Made by a program: the position numbers and the translations under genes
NCBI GenBank assembly: GCA_049889275.1
Contig: JBMHDS010000049.1
Coordinates: 61,501-125,500 of the forward strand
Direction: 5' to 3'
Source: Bradymonadia bacterium
Lineage (GTDB): Bacteria > Myxococcota_A > Bradymonadia > UBA7976 > UBA1532
DNA length: 64,000 nucleotides
The notes under the pieces: generated by a model
Seen by the model: only the letters and a program-made list of their open reading frames with translations
What the model was told of the DNA's origin: nothing
Databases searched by the model: none
Part shown: piece after piece, positions 30,401 to 37,515 of the stretch
Numbering within the stretch: position 1 is the first letter of the stretch
Layout of the letters: the number at the start of each line of letters is the position of its first letter

Positions 30401-33400
30401 CGATGAAGGCCTCGCCATCGCGATGACGAAATGGGGCCTCGTTCAGCGAGACCTACGCTATGATAGGGCGCGTCAAACTGTCCGACTCGCGGAGTTCGAG
30501 TTAAGCCTCCGCGCGGTGACGACAGAGCATGAACTTCGGGTGGCTGATGAACAGAAGGCGATCACCATCAGACCGACTGTAAGACAACCTGAGGTTTGGT
30601 CGAATTGGTCGCTCATGGTGCGTCAGCCCGACGGTGAAGTCGTAAAGGTATTAGACGGCGAAGGTCCGCCTCGAAGAATCGACTGGCAGGTGCCAAATGA
30701 TTGGCCTGAGCAGGCTTGGTCATATCAACTCCGTTTAGTTGGCGCGAGCGGCTCAGCTGCGGGTAGCCCGTGGATGCCTGTGACGGCAGGTGCAGCTACG
30801 AAACCACAAGTGATCGCCTCGCTATCGGGCGATGGCTTCCTGAAGGGGCGTCGACTCGCCAAACCTTTCGTCGCAGCGCTAGATAAAATCCTCCCAAAGA
30901 TAAAGTCGCTCACGGGTCCAATTGAGATCGCGGTCCATTTCGATGACACGAAAGGGCCACTCACAGCGCGTTCATTGACCCGTAAACGAGCGGAAGATGT
31001 GGTCGATTATCTGGTGTCCAAAGGGATTGAGCGGGGCAAGCTTAAGGCTGTCGGTTACGGCGGTCAGAAACCGATTCGACCCAATATCACCGAGCGCAGT
31101 CGACGTAAGAATCGACGCGTCGAGATTATCCATCTCGGGCCACCCATGAAGCCCGTGGGGCAGACCACACCTGAGGTGGCTGAGCAAAAGCTCGACGAGG
31201 GAACGAAAGCACCATCTGGTTCGGCGAAGCTAGACGCAGAGACGACATCCGCAGTCGACTTAGTGGCACAGAAACCCGCCGCCGAGAGCGGTGACACAAG
31301 CGCGACCGAGATGGCCGAGGATGGAACGTCTGTCCGAGAGTCGGTTTCGGTGACTCTGGGTCTCGAGAATTTGGCACTGGCGCAAGGCGCGCCATCGCGA
31401 CGGGTCTGGGTGCCGAGCCGACGACCGTTACCGATTCGAGTGACAGCGCTGAGCGGGGCCTACATCCAACGGATTCGAGCGGCGATGCCTGCGGCCAAGG
31501 CGCAACAAAGGTTCACGCAGCGGCGTTTCGAAGGGCGCCTCTCTGGCAAGCGTATCGATATGCTGGGGAGAGTGCTCAGTCGACCTACGGTCGCGCTCGA
31601 GAAGCAGACAAACAATTCAGCGACCAAAGCGGCAAAGAGTCGATTGAGTTGGCGGGTAGACAGCCCTGGTACGGCGAATCGCTGGTCGTTCATGGTCACA
31701 GACCAGTCAGGGCAAGCGATTCATACAGCGAGTGGCGTTGGAAATCCGCCCGCGGTTCTCCGTTGGACGCCCACGGAACGACTCGCTAAAGGCACCTATG
31801 GCGCTCGACTTACGGTGATCGGCAGCCGACAGGTGATCCAATCAGCGACGTCATATTTTGGCGTTGATACCAAACCGCAGTCGAAGGCACCGGAACCGAT
31901 CCTCGCTGTCTCGGGTTATCGAGCAACGCTCGCGGACAATGGTACATTTGATGTGTCTGCAAAGCTCAGCCAAGAGTCTGCGCTCGTTCTGGATGTGGAA
32001 GATAAGCTCGGCCGGTGGCTGGTTTTACTCCCGTCAACCGTTGGTTCGAGCAAGTCATCGGTTGAATCTGAATCGAAACAAGAGAGCACAGCTGTGGTTG
32101 ATGCACGCTCACGTCCTGCAGGCGCAGGCTCAGCGCTTCCGTCACCAAACCGCCCAGGTGCAGGCGCGCCGATCGGTGCTTCGGCTGTTCCTGGTGCTTT
32201 GATGCCGGGGTCACCGGCGCGGCAGAGTGCAGTCTCTTCTTCTCCGTCCTCAGGGTCTTTGAGTCTGGAAGGGCAGAAGCTCTCTCGAGTTGGGGCTCGG
32301 CCGACGAATCTCACTCTGTTGGAGAGCCTCGTGCCGGGGCGTCGGCAAGCTCAGGTCGAGGCTAAGTCGGTGCTCGATGTCCGCTTGCCGCGCGTTGGCG
32401 AAAAACTTAAGGAGCGCGCCATACCTTTTCAAGGGACCACCGAGCCCGGTCGCACGGTCACAGTCAACGGGCGGGCGTTTCCGGTAGACGAACGCGGTGG
32501 ATTCGGCGGAAGCATAGCCGTTCATGGGAAGACAGCGAGAATCGAGATCGTTTCAGAGGGTGAGGGCGGTGACCGTTCGATTATCGAACGTACCTATGAG
32601 ACCCCTCAACAAAGTTGGTTCTTGATGGCCCTCGGTGAAGGCGTGACCGGTACTATCGGCTCTGAACTCGATGGCGTACAGGCACACACGAGCACCGAAA
32701 TAGGAGAACAGGTCTACGTACATGGTCGTGCGGTTGGGTGGCTACGCGGCTATGCCTCCGGTGAGCAAATCCTTGGCGGTTTGTTTAAGCAATATAGCGT
32801 GGACGCCCACGTGGACACCGCGAGGCGAGACGAGTTCACTAGCGCATTCCGCCAGTTGATCGATCCGACGCAGTTCTACCCCGTCTACGGCGACCAAAGT
32901 ACCGAAGAGAAGTTAATTAACAGCAACGGGCCGGTCTATGTCTTGATCAAGGCCGATAGCAGTCGAATCAATGTCGGTAACTTTAGAACCACGCTAAAGG
33001 GTGTTGAGCTTTTCAGATACGATCGTACGCACTACGGTGCACAAGTGGTCGGTGACGTCAAAACCGGTGACATGCGCCATGAGGTCACTGTTTTCGGCAC
33101 CGATGAGGAGACGGAACGACAGCATGGCTATGTTGAATTCCGTGGAACAGGTGGCTCACTCTACTATTTGCCTCACCGGGAAGTTGTAGAAGGTTCTGAA
33201 CGGGTCTTTCTCGTAGAAAAAGACCGGTTGTCTGGCATGGAACGGCGTCGTTTGTCCCTCGTGAGAGATCAGGATTATCGCATCCGTTATATGGACGGCC
33301 GAATCATGTTCACACGGCCTGTCTCGTCGTCTGCCTTTGGCCTTTTTGGGGTCCAAGAAGGAGATTTGGGTCAGGCACCCCTCGATGGGCATCCCGTTCA

Positions 33401-35330
33401 GGTCCTTGTCGAATATGACCATCGTGATCCCACCGCCCCGGGCGAGCGAAGTCTAGGTTTTCATGCTCGAGAGTCCTACAAAAACAACGTCAGCGTGGGC
33501 GGAGGATATGTACAGTCCGGACAGGTTGGGGCCGCCACGCCACGCTACCGGTTATGGGGCGCGGATCTTAAGCTGCGTCATGGACGCCGCACTCATTTTG
33601 ACGCCGAATTCGCCGAAAGCAGCGGTCAGAACAGCCCGAGTCTCTTCAGCGAGGACGGCGGTCTGACCTTTAGGCCTTTTCACCGCCGCTCGGCTGATTT
33701 TGACCGCGGCGCGAGTTTCTTGATTCGCGGCGGACTTGAACTCGACGATCTGGTCGGTCAAGCGCAGAAAAACGCCTGGTATAACGAGGGGTATTACCAG
33801 TACATCGCACCGGGGTTTTCATCGGGGGGCACGATTCAACAGCAAGGCTTGGAGCGTTACGGTGCGCTTTCTGTTGGATATCTCGGCGATGGCCACACGG
33901 TGCATGTACGGCATGACGGTTGGCGTGCTGCCGAACGCCAAACTCAAGGCTACACCTTCACCGACCTGCAGCCATTCAGGCAGGAAACAAGTCGCTTAGG
34001 TTACGCCTACCAGATGGAAAAGCTCAGGCTTGATTCCGAGTTTGTGTATACACAGTATGACCAGGGCGTTGACGAAGAGGCGATGCGCATCGGCGCCCTC
34101 GCTGCCGGAGCCGAGCTTGATTTGAATGCGCGATGGACCCTTCTCGCTCAGCAGCAGGTAACCGTTCTCGGCGATCGTCGATTGCATGAGACCACTGGGG
34201 ACTTGTTTACAACCAGCGTTGGCGCGCGGTATCAGGCCGCCAAATCATTGTTCTTTGAGGCTGTTGAGACCCTCCGATGGTCGGGTGATAATGCCACACG
34301 AGTAGGCATTCGCAGTCAATTGAGCGACCGACACACTTTCTATGTTCAGGAACGCTTTACCCAAGAGCAGGGCCGTCAATCTGCAACTACGGTCTTGGGT
34401 GGTGAAGAGCTGTTCGGAGAGGATAAGTCCGGTCGGGCATACGGTGAATATCAATTGGAGACCGGTACGGCGGGACCGCAGAATCGTACCGTAGTTGGCT
34501 TAGGTAAACGCTGGCTGTTGAGCAAACGACTGACGCTTGATGCGGCATATGAGCGAAGCCAAACATCAAGCCAGGTCCCTGGCGCGACAAGTCGGGATGC
34601 GCTCTCTTCAGGTGTCGCCTGGTCACCGATTCGGCCGATGAAATTGAGTGGTCGATATGAATTTCGGTTGGAGGACCATGACGCCGAGCGGACAAATCGT
34701 CGGGATATCTACCAAGTGGTCGCGCTCAACCGGCTCGATCTGAAGTTAAGTCCAGATTGGTCTTTCTCGGCCGTCGGTAACTACAGCCATACCTTCGATA
34801 TAGAGCTCGCCGGCACTGAAGCTGAGCTGCTTGAACTCAGCCTCGGATTGGCTTACCGGCCGGTGGTGATCAATTGGTTTGTTTTGCTCACCCGCTACAC
34901 AAAACGTTACGAACAGCGTCCTACAGACATCGCCACTGAACTCGTGACCCGCGAAGAAAATGATGTCGGGACATTGATTCCAATCATTGAACTCCCAGGT
35001 GGGTTTCAGCTGGTTGAAAAACTCGCGATCCGGCGCACAGCCTATCGCACAGCTGAATTGCCCACGAGCATTGGGTACACGCTGTTGTGGATAAATCGCT
35101 TGAACTATCACTTGACCAATGCCTGGGACGTGGGCGCGGAATATCGGCAATTGCACACCACTTTGGCGCAGAATCAGCAGGACGGGTTCCTCGTTGAGAT
35201 AAATTACATCATCAAGAAGAAGATTCGATTAGGCTTAGGCTATAACTTTACCCAGTTCTCCGACGACGAGTTTGCTCGGCTTGATGAAACCTTTGGGGGA
35301 CCATTCTTCCGCGTGATCGCAAACTACTAA
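21423..35330 (+). CDS. Giant 4635-aa outer-membrane/surface protein: tip domain, about 17 DUF11-like repeats, SdrD-B-like domains, OmpA-like domain, C-terminal beta-barrel region
   Basis: Signal peptide; repeated K..PG..Y.I.V.N.G..D.LP..NQA units; GTVFEDLNGDG and GRVYCDTDEDG; OmpA-like RA..V.DYL..GYG..P..NRRVEI; amphipathic strands ending FFRVIANY. Confidence 0.9.
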   Translation: MMLKRSGVFTFALVCLVFCVTPVGHARVDGEPHALYAQHRLFGGVVTTGNTLMTQSVVAPQVNSVLLPQSAGDVRGLPFDAELEGAYLFWSGSLDGGIDRTVTLTAADGTRFNNVQADRCVSVPSLGGFFYCRANVTDILRDRPGPGRFNGTYFVGDVRASVGQLRQDGSCIDRFCQAKYAAWSLALVYRSATARTLRDVFIHDGFRGLDEDENSPGVDRFTIRGFDFPEGGRASLSFFGLEGDSFLGVPPQDTDPIIPCDTCFDYLAFAGTKLNDALNPANNLFNSSSPGGFTLGLDLDSFDVSNLLNIGQTQAEIEVGSGDGRVIPGRPDPTGGGESFFLGYVLLSVDRNAPNFSRDGTRLTVVPDEGAPNERVVLTLRVTNEGTRDAPNTTVTLRLPQGLTYLPDSLRVDGVDPVAGAEVANPLANGFNLGLIPFRGDTDRLITLRATVDGDAEPGTRIVSQGTVTADTLELPVTTNEAVLTVLGALQIESASKSVRDGNGDGVFAPGEVASYTITIANPNVRSVQGVTIRDTLPAYLDILQVVSTSGDARHNLENGEIEFTNVTVLPGAEGARVSIVTRIHDEVQLLADGVPQAEINGLAVDNQATVINGNRVLSTRDPSPVDGAPDGVTRFIISSAFNIAVDGTIKSVRDLNDGALAPGDELEYTVRVVNGGTQNALTFIDDEFPAGLGECRLVSELADVSCEGGRRLRGFVNVPANGRIEVVFRGTVAAEANDGTVIQNRVVLTAGNQRVERLSDALTVQAGPDLSRLTKSAIGVVDGVAVPGQTFTYRISVTNSGNQAARNFRIVDPLPIRFAAVNPADGGRYDAVSNTVSWDIAELAPNSAAVVSFEVTLSDAVANGTDISNQAEISFEGTRILSDDPSTDVSLDPTRVVVRSQPLLVVTQRASLIFAQPRDTIVYDIIIRNEGTDAAERVRVDGQLPNELFRSIVAVDGAVEAGALSWRFDSVPELARIEVGQSVALRARGRLNPIVDNGTRISSQIRVNAGFGDVVSDDPRTAEPNDPTVVTVRSAPIYALSKTVSDLNGGSPQAGDRVRYTLALVNQGNSAGTNVTVRDPLPPELVDVIALDGGVVVGQQISWPSRDRLEVGAEPLVYEFEATIRRDLLSGAVIANQAQVLSDGIDPANSDDPATPEPLDPTQLTITAEADLSNSIKLVEPPNPEPGDVVTWVIQVVNSGTVDARDVNVLDPLPTNSILDANTDTGEIVNGTLQASLGVIPAGGARSVIVTARLRDGLVDGTEVANQAQISAAGLDVVLTDDPSTQADDDPTTLVVNATPQLVMTKFIDGLAADSVEPGQRIDYVIRIANVGSGRADDVVVRDPIPEETTLSDVGAGQLDGDAVEWRLLDIAPGEEAELRMSVLVDDVLDNGTLISNQASLSAPFLGPQPLLSDNPATPAAFDPTVVRVLSGPDFSTAQLTVRDLEDGVFRPDDVVEYTLSVPNTGNAVGRAVQVRATLPETLELLSAPGAALIGDELTWRDLSLEPGERQVLTFQARIATPLANGRQIAVQARIDGVGIAEPFLSDDPATPEDDDATVLTVTSAALLTLAKDVEIPPGAQFTPGRQVTYTFVVGNQGDARSEIKQLLDTLPAGLVPPFDTEPAAEVVGRTVNWTVPSLAPLEEARFVLTAFIAADASDGLRVANRASVDSLVATATFDVVNQASLATSTKSVRAENPFPGQQVRYTLTVANDGSQPAASVSLVDRLPEGLTLIGARPPAQVVGRVLSWQFDEVPANGQQTVEVICQIDADVEDGRRMVNQATISALGIGDAVTDDPSTPAVDDATAFVVVSRPSIELAKTVRDDNGGVFSPGDPITYRLVIRNSGSSTATNLVVTDNVPGGVNNAVAVDGNVVEGVATWNIASLEAGERVERVLRGRIDVGAANAQVISNQFTVTGAGLEAQTSPAATLEVITGSVNLSKTVVPLAGEFQPGTLVEYRLRVTNEREVGAAEITVSDILDFESLSDIDVADGGLIDRANGRIEWTPQTTAALRFIPAGEFVELRLRARIGDDIMPGAEVINRARSVVRGDPAQAEASARFTVVGSAEYNLTKTTARERYRRDETIEYEIVLTNRGQVAGTNVTITDVLPAELEYVRGSTIVGDRRVADLPEGRSALEAGLVVGSGSPAVLAPGEVVTVRLRARARDAVAAGTRVINQARMVDAQGTEVDASAEVLIDGIPDLSNLVKTGVPEADPSAPRVVLGESIRWRIQVENQGDGTAENVRIFDELNPQHTYIENSLEVDGQVMTDAQDEDIAEVIDETIRVRVAALEPGASLVVTFLTRAVATPAVSNQAFVDADGLEREPSDDGGDDRNTPTRLEIGEPLERRIDVSKTLVAGSGDRVPIGTSLGYLLSVENTGNVALVGIEIEDTLPSGLRFEGVEDASGPVNVVFNDDDPELGSGQLILTDIGLEPGARFSITVRVSTIVSETPEGELCNEAFFSAPGVDASSAKACVELFLDSGSLVGTVFEDLNGDGRYTATEDLSVTGMTLRIFPEGADTLEPVAEVTTDDDGRYAFESLPAGTYRVEVVTANDVVVKVARDVRLSMDNDGLEDVVIAPMGRIYDSVSGVLLDGATVTLYEDLDVDDDPLDADSIAQRVRVDPSKLEHPSQQNQRTAHGGLYHFVVREPGRYLIEVQPGGVAHVSPSLSNPPSVGYAATEDARGRIVDQPLPIATAGVDQRYFLAFQVGVREERVIHNHIPLDPISSLIDITKRADRADVMVGQIVTFEVTMTNRSPRDLRFDESTGFGGVIVQDRLPAGLKYVAGSAVMTTLEAGRERALFASDPVGARILSFGQQISADGEPIPFDLPSGGARRLKYQATVDASAKPLTTLTNRALLLSDGNVPVTETAVASVRVAADPDFDQGLLLGRVYCDTDEDGQQDDDEVGFAGAQLYMDTGYRVTTDAYGRFRFKDINPGTHMVKLDMRSVLPGATLTTQESRIISFTRGLPARVTFGVTCPADKVTEAVTAITDEGLAIAMTKWGLVQRDLRYDRARQTVRLAEFELSLRAVTTEHELRVADEQKAITIRPTVRQPEVWSNWSLMVRQPDGEVVKVLDGEGPPRRIDWQVPNDWPEQAWSYQLRLVGASGSAAGSPWMPVTAGAATKPQVIASLSGDGFLKGRRLAKPFVAALDKILPKIKSLTGPIEIAVHFDDTKGPLTARSLTRKRAEDVVDYLVSKGIERGKLKAVGYGGQKPIRPNITERSRRKNRRVEIIHLGPPMKPVGQTTPEVAEQKLDEGTKAPSGSAKLDAETTSAVDLVAQKPAAESGDTSATEMAEDGTSVRESVSVTLGLENLALAQGAPSRRVWVPSRRPLPIRVTALSGAYIQRIRAAMPAAKAQQRFTQRRFEGRLSGKRIDMLGRVLSRPTVALEKQTNNSATKAAKSRLSWRVDSPGTANRWSFMVTDQSGQAIHTASGVGNPPAVLRWTPTERLAKGTYGARLTVIGSRQVIQSATSYFGVDTKPQSKAPEPILAVSGYRATLADNGTFDVSAKLSQESALVLDVEDKLGRWLVLLPSTVGSSKSSVESESKQESTAVVDARSRPAGAGSALPSPNRPGAGAPIGASAVPGALMPGSPARQSAVSSSPSSGSLSLEGQKLSRVGARPTNLTLLESLVPGRRQAQVEAKSVLDVRLPRVGEKLKERAIPFQGTTEPGRTVTVNGRAFPVDERGGFGGSIAVHGKTARIEIVSEGEGGDRSIIERTYETPQQSWFLMALGEGVTGTIGSELDGVQAHTSTEIGEQVYVHGRAVGWLRGYASGEQILGGLFKQYSVDAHVDTARRDEFTSAFRQLIDPTQFYPVYGDQSTEEKLINSNGPVYVLIKADSSRINVGNFRTTLKGVELFRYDRTHYGAQVVGDVKTGDMRHEVTVFGTDEETERQHGYVEFRGTGGSLYYLPHREVVEGSERVFLVEKDRLSGMERRRLSLVRDQDYRIRYMDGRIMFTRPVSSSAFGLFGVQEGDLGQAPLDGHPVQVLVEYDHRDPTAPGERSLGFHARESYKNNVSVGGGYVQSGQVGAATPRYRLWGADLKLRHGRRTHFDAEFAESSGQNSPSLFSEDGGLTFRPFHRRSADFDRGASFLIRGGLELDDLVGQAQKNAWYNEGYYQYIAPGFSSGGTIQQQGLERYGALSVGYLGDGHTVHVRHDGWRAAERQTQGYTFTDLQPFRQETSRLGYAYQMEKLRLDSEFVYTQYDQGVDEEAMRIGALAAGAELDLNARWTLLAQQQVTVLGDRRLHETTGDLFTTSVGARYQAAKSLFFEAVETLRWSGDNATRVGIRSQLSDRHTFYVQERFTQEQGRQSATTVLGGEELFGEDKSGRAYGEYQLETGTAGPQNRTVVGLGKRWLLSKRLTLDAAYERSQTSSQVPGATSRDALSSGVAWSPIRPMKLSGRYEFRLEDHDAERTNRRDIYQVVALNRLDLKLSPDWSFSAVGNYSHTFDIELAGTEAELLELSLGLAYRPVVINWFVLLTRYTKRYEQRPTDIATELVTREENDVGTLIPIIELPGGFQLVEKLAIRRTAYRTAELPTSIGYTLLWINRLNYHLTNAWDVGAEYRQLHTTLAQNQQDGFLVEINYIIKKKIRLGLGYNFTQFSDDEFARLDETFGGPFFRVIANY
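22498..28865 (+). repeat. Tandem array of 16 diverged DUF11-like protein repeats of about 120-150 aa (a 17th at about 29600-30080)
   Basis: Manual alignment of the translation; repeats are clear in protein but diverged in DNA. Confidence 0.85.
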
Positions 35331-35331
35331 A

Positions 35332-35373
35332 GCGCCATGGCCAACTTTCGGGTTGTTTTTCTAGGCATGGCGT
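35332..35373 (+). terminator. Possible hairpin or weak terminator after the giant gene
   Basis: CGCCATG...CATGGCG outer stem, CAAC/GTTG inner stem, short T run. Confidence 0.25.
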
Positions 35374-35457
35374 TCAAATCAAGCTAATGGGAGAGACGAG
35401 TGAGTGCTCGTATTTGGGCCAACCCGACTTTGATAATGAGAGACGCTGAGCATATTC

Positions 35458-36183
35458 ATGTCTGAATCGATGGCAAGCCGCATTCTAACGGTCGAAGATA
35501 GCGACAACATTAGGCGTATGATCGCCTACAATCTCGAACGGGCGGGCTATGAAGTCTTCCAGGCTGCCCACGGCAAGGACGCCGTACGGATTCTGCAGAA
35601 GGTTGTTCCCGACCTGATCATTCTGGATGTACGCATGCCTGAAATGAACGGCTTTCAGCTGTTAGAGCTCATGCGTAAGTATCCCAAGGCGGCAGCCATA
35701 CCTGTGATCATGCTCTCGGCGTTGAGCCAGCCGGAAAACATCGATCGAGCCCTGTCTTTGGGCGTGGTTGATTATATTGTAAAGCCGCTCGATCCAACCG
35801 TTCTGCTCGCTAAGGTAAAAGAAGCACTCTCACACAGCAAAAACAGCGACGGCGGTTGGCTTGGACCCAATCGCCGGCAGTTCGAACGGGTCACTTTGGA
35901 CGGCGTTGAGCTCAAGCCGCAGCCAGGCGGTAGGGGAGTGGACCTCAGTGAAGGTGGTTTGAGTTGGCGGACGAAATCTCCACCCGCTGAGAATGATGTT
36001 TTGGTCATTGAAGCCCACGAGCTGTTTGAATTGGTGGGCATTGACGAACAGACACTGCGTGCTCGAGTCGCTTACGTAAAGCCTGTGGGCCTGGGTTATT
36101 TTCGGGTGGGCGCGGCGTTTATTGGCTTACCTTCAAACGGTCGCGATGCGGTGCGACGATACGTCAAACGGCACTTGGCTTAG
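35458..36183 (+). CDS. Response regulator with C-terminal PilZ domain (REC-PilZ)
   Basis: Receiver VEDS, ILDVRMP, LSA, VKP; PilZ motifs RQFER (RxxxR) and DLSEGG (DxSxxG). Confidence 0.9.
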   Translation: MSESMASRILTVEDSDNIRRMIAYNLERAGYEVFQAAHGKDAVRILQKVVPDLIILDVRMPEMNGFQLLELMRKYPKAAAIPVIMLSALSQPENIDRALSLGVVDYIVKPLDPTVLLAKVKEALSHSKNSDGGWLGPNRRQFERVTLDGVELKPQPGGRGVDLSEGGLSWRTKSPPAENDVLVIEAHELFELVGIDEQTLRARVAYVKPVGLGYFRVGAAFIGLPSNGRDAVRRYVKRHLA

Positions 36184-36210
36184 GGCATCTCTGAAGGAGA
36201 CTTTGGCGAT

Positions 36211-37320
36211 TCACAGACGCCGGCTATTGTCTCTGAGCCGAAATCGTCGGGAGCTACCTCGCCATGCCCAGACGGTGACCCAAATGCCGAGCAGAATCAC
36301 TTCAATGGGTAAATTTAGATCGATGAGTCGCATCCGTTTTTTGGCGACCGGCATTTTTTCTGGCAAGACCTTCATCTTTGTGAATCGCAAAACGTCGAAC
36401 TGCGTGCGGTCATTTAGACGGTAACCTGTCAGGTGCCCATCTGATTGATAATCCCATGGAAACCCTCTGGCTCGCTTACGCAACCGCTCAAGTTGAACCG
36501 CTGTGATCGGCTTCGACATGAGCAACTCAAGGTCGCCCTCAGACTCTGAACCGACCGGCCACTCCGAGAGGATAACCAACTCGAGCGGGACCCGGCTCCG
36601 GTCTTGTGCGCCAGTCAGCGATGGTGGGGGCTGATGTACATTAAATGCCGGGTTTTCGGCCTTGTGCGTGTAGGCGACAATCGGTGACAAAAGCGGTTCC
36701 GTCGGATCATCGGATGAGGGGGGCGTCACTTCGACCGCGAGAAATGTCCAACCTTGCTTGCGCAAATCTCGCATCCAAGCCAGCTGGCCGGCAGTGAGAT
36801 GCGCGCCGCGCTGCATCAACCATTGTCTGGTGGCTGTCCCATCCCGTAAGAATTCGTGAACGCCAAGTTTCAAATTGCGAATTCGTCCGAGCACCTCTTC
36901 ATTCGGCTCAACACCCACCTCCGGGATGACGCAACTACCGACCCACGATGTCATCTTCACATCGATGTTGCGGATAGTCGCTGATACGGGATGCAATTGG
37001 CGCAGCATGTTTTTAAACGAGCGAATATGTCCGAAGTGCGTGTTCGCTTTGCCCTTCACCGGAAAGAGAATCGTAAAGGGCTTCGTAGCCCCACGTGTCT
37101 CCAAACGAATCAATGTGGTTTGCGAACCACGAAGTGTATCAAACACCATGATCGCCTGTTCTTGGACGACGGTGACGTTCTGATCGAGCTCGCTAACGAT
37201 CAGTGCAGCCTCCACTCGCATGCACAACAGAAACGCACCAAGCGCAGCGGCCCGCCGAACCAACCACCGGACCCGCGCCAGCGAATGCATCGCAAGCAGC
37301 ATTTTTTTGTCGTGCCTCAA
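36211..37320 (-). CDS. Exported DUF2330-like protein with C-terminal TM and basic tail
   Basis: Signal-like N-terminus; QEQAIMVFD, FTILFPV, WL..G and GWTFLAV resemble DUF2330; ends LPIEVILLGIWVTVWAWRGSSRRFR. Start uncertain. Confidence 0.55.
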   Translation of the reverse strand: MRHDKKMLLAMHSLARVRWLVRRAAALGAFLLCMRVEAALIVSELDQNVTVVQEQAIMVFDTLRGSQTTLIRLETRGATKPFTILFPVKGKANTHFGHIRSFKNMLRQLHPVSATIRNIDVKMTSWVGSCVIPEVGVEPNEEVLGRIRNLKLGVHEFLRDGTATRQWLMQRGAHLTAGQLAWMRDLRKQGWTFLAVEVTPPSSDDPTEPLLSPIVAYTHKAENPAFNVHQPPPSLTGAQDRSRVPLELVILSEWPVGSESEGDLELLMSKPITAVQLERLRKRARGFPWDYQSDGHLTGYRLNDRTQFDVLRFTKMKVLPEKMPVAKKRMRLIDLNLPIEVILLGIWVTVWAWRGSSRRFRLRDNSRRL

Positions 37321-37515
37321 TTGTATCTAACCTTCGATGTATGCATGCAGACGCACGACCCAAGTGGACGTCGAGTCTCACGCTATCCGATTAGGACGGT
37401 CGGAAATACCTGTCAACATCTAAGCGTTATGTGGCCATGGCGACAGCTGGTCTCGAAGCCCGTTAGCGTGTACAATTACGACCGACATACTTTAGGTTAC
37501 CCAGGAGGTTGACCC

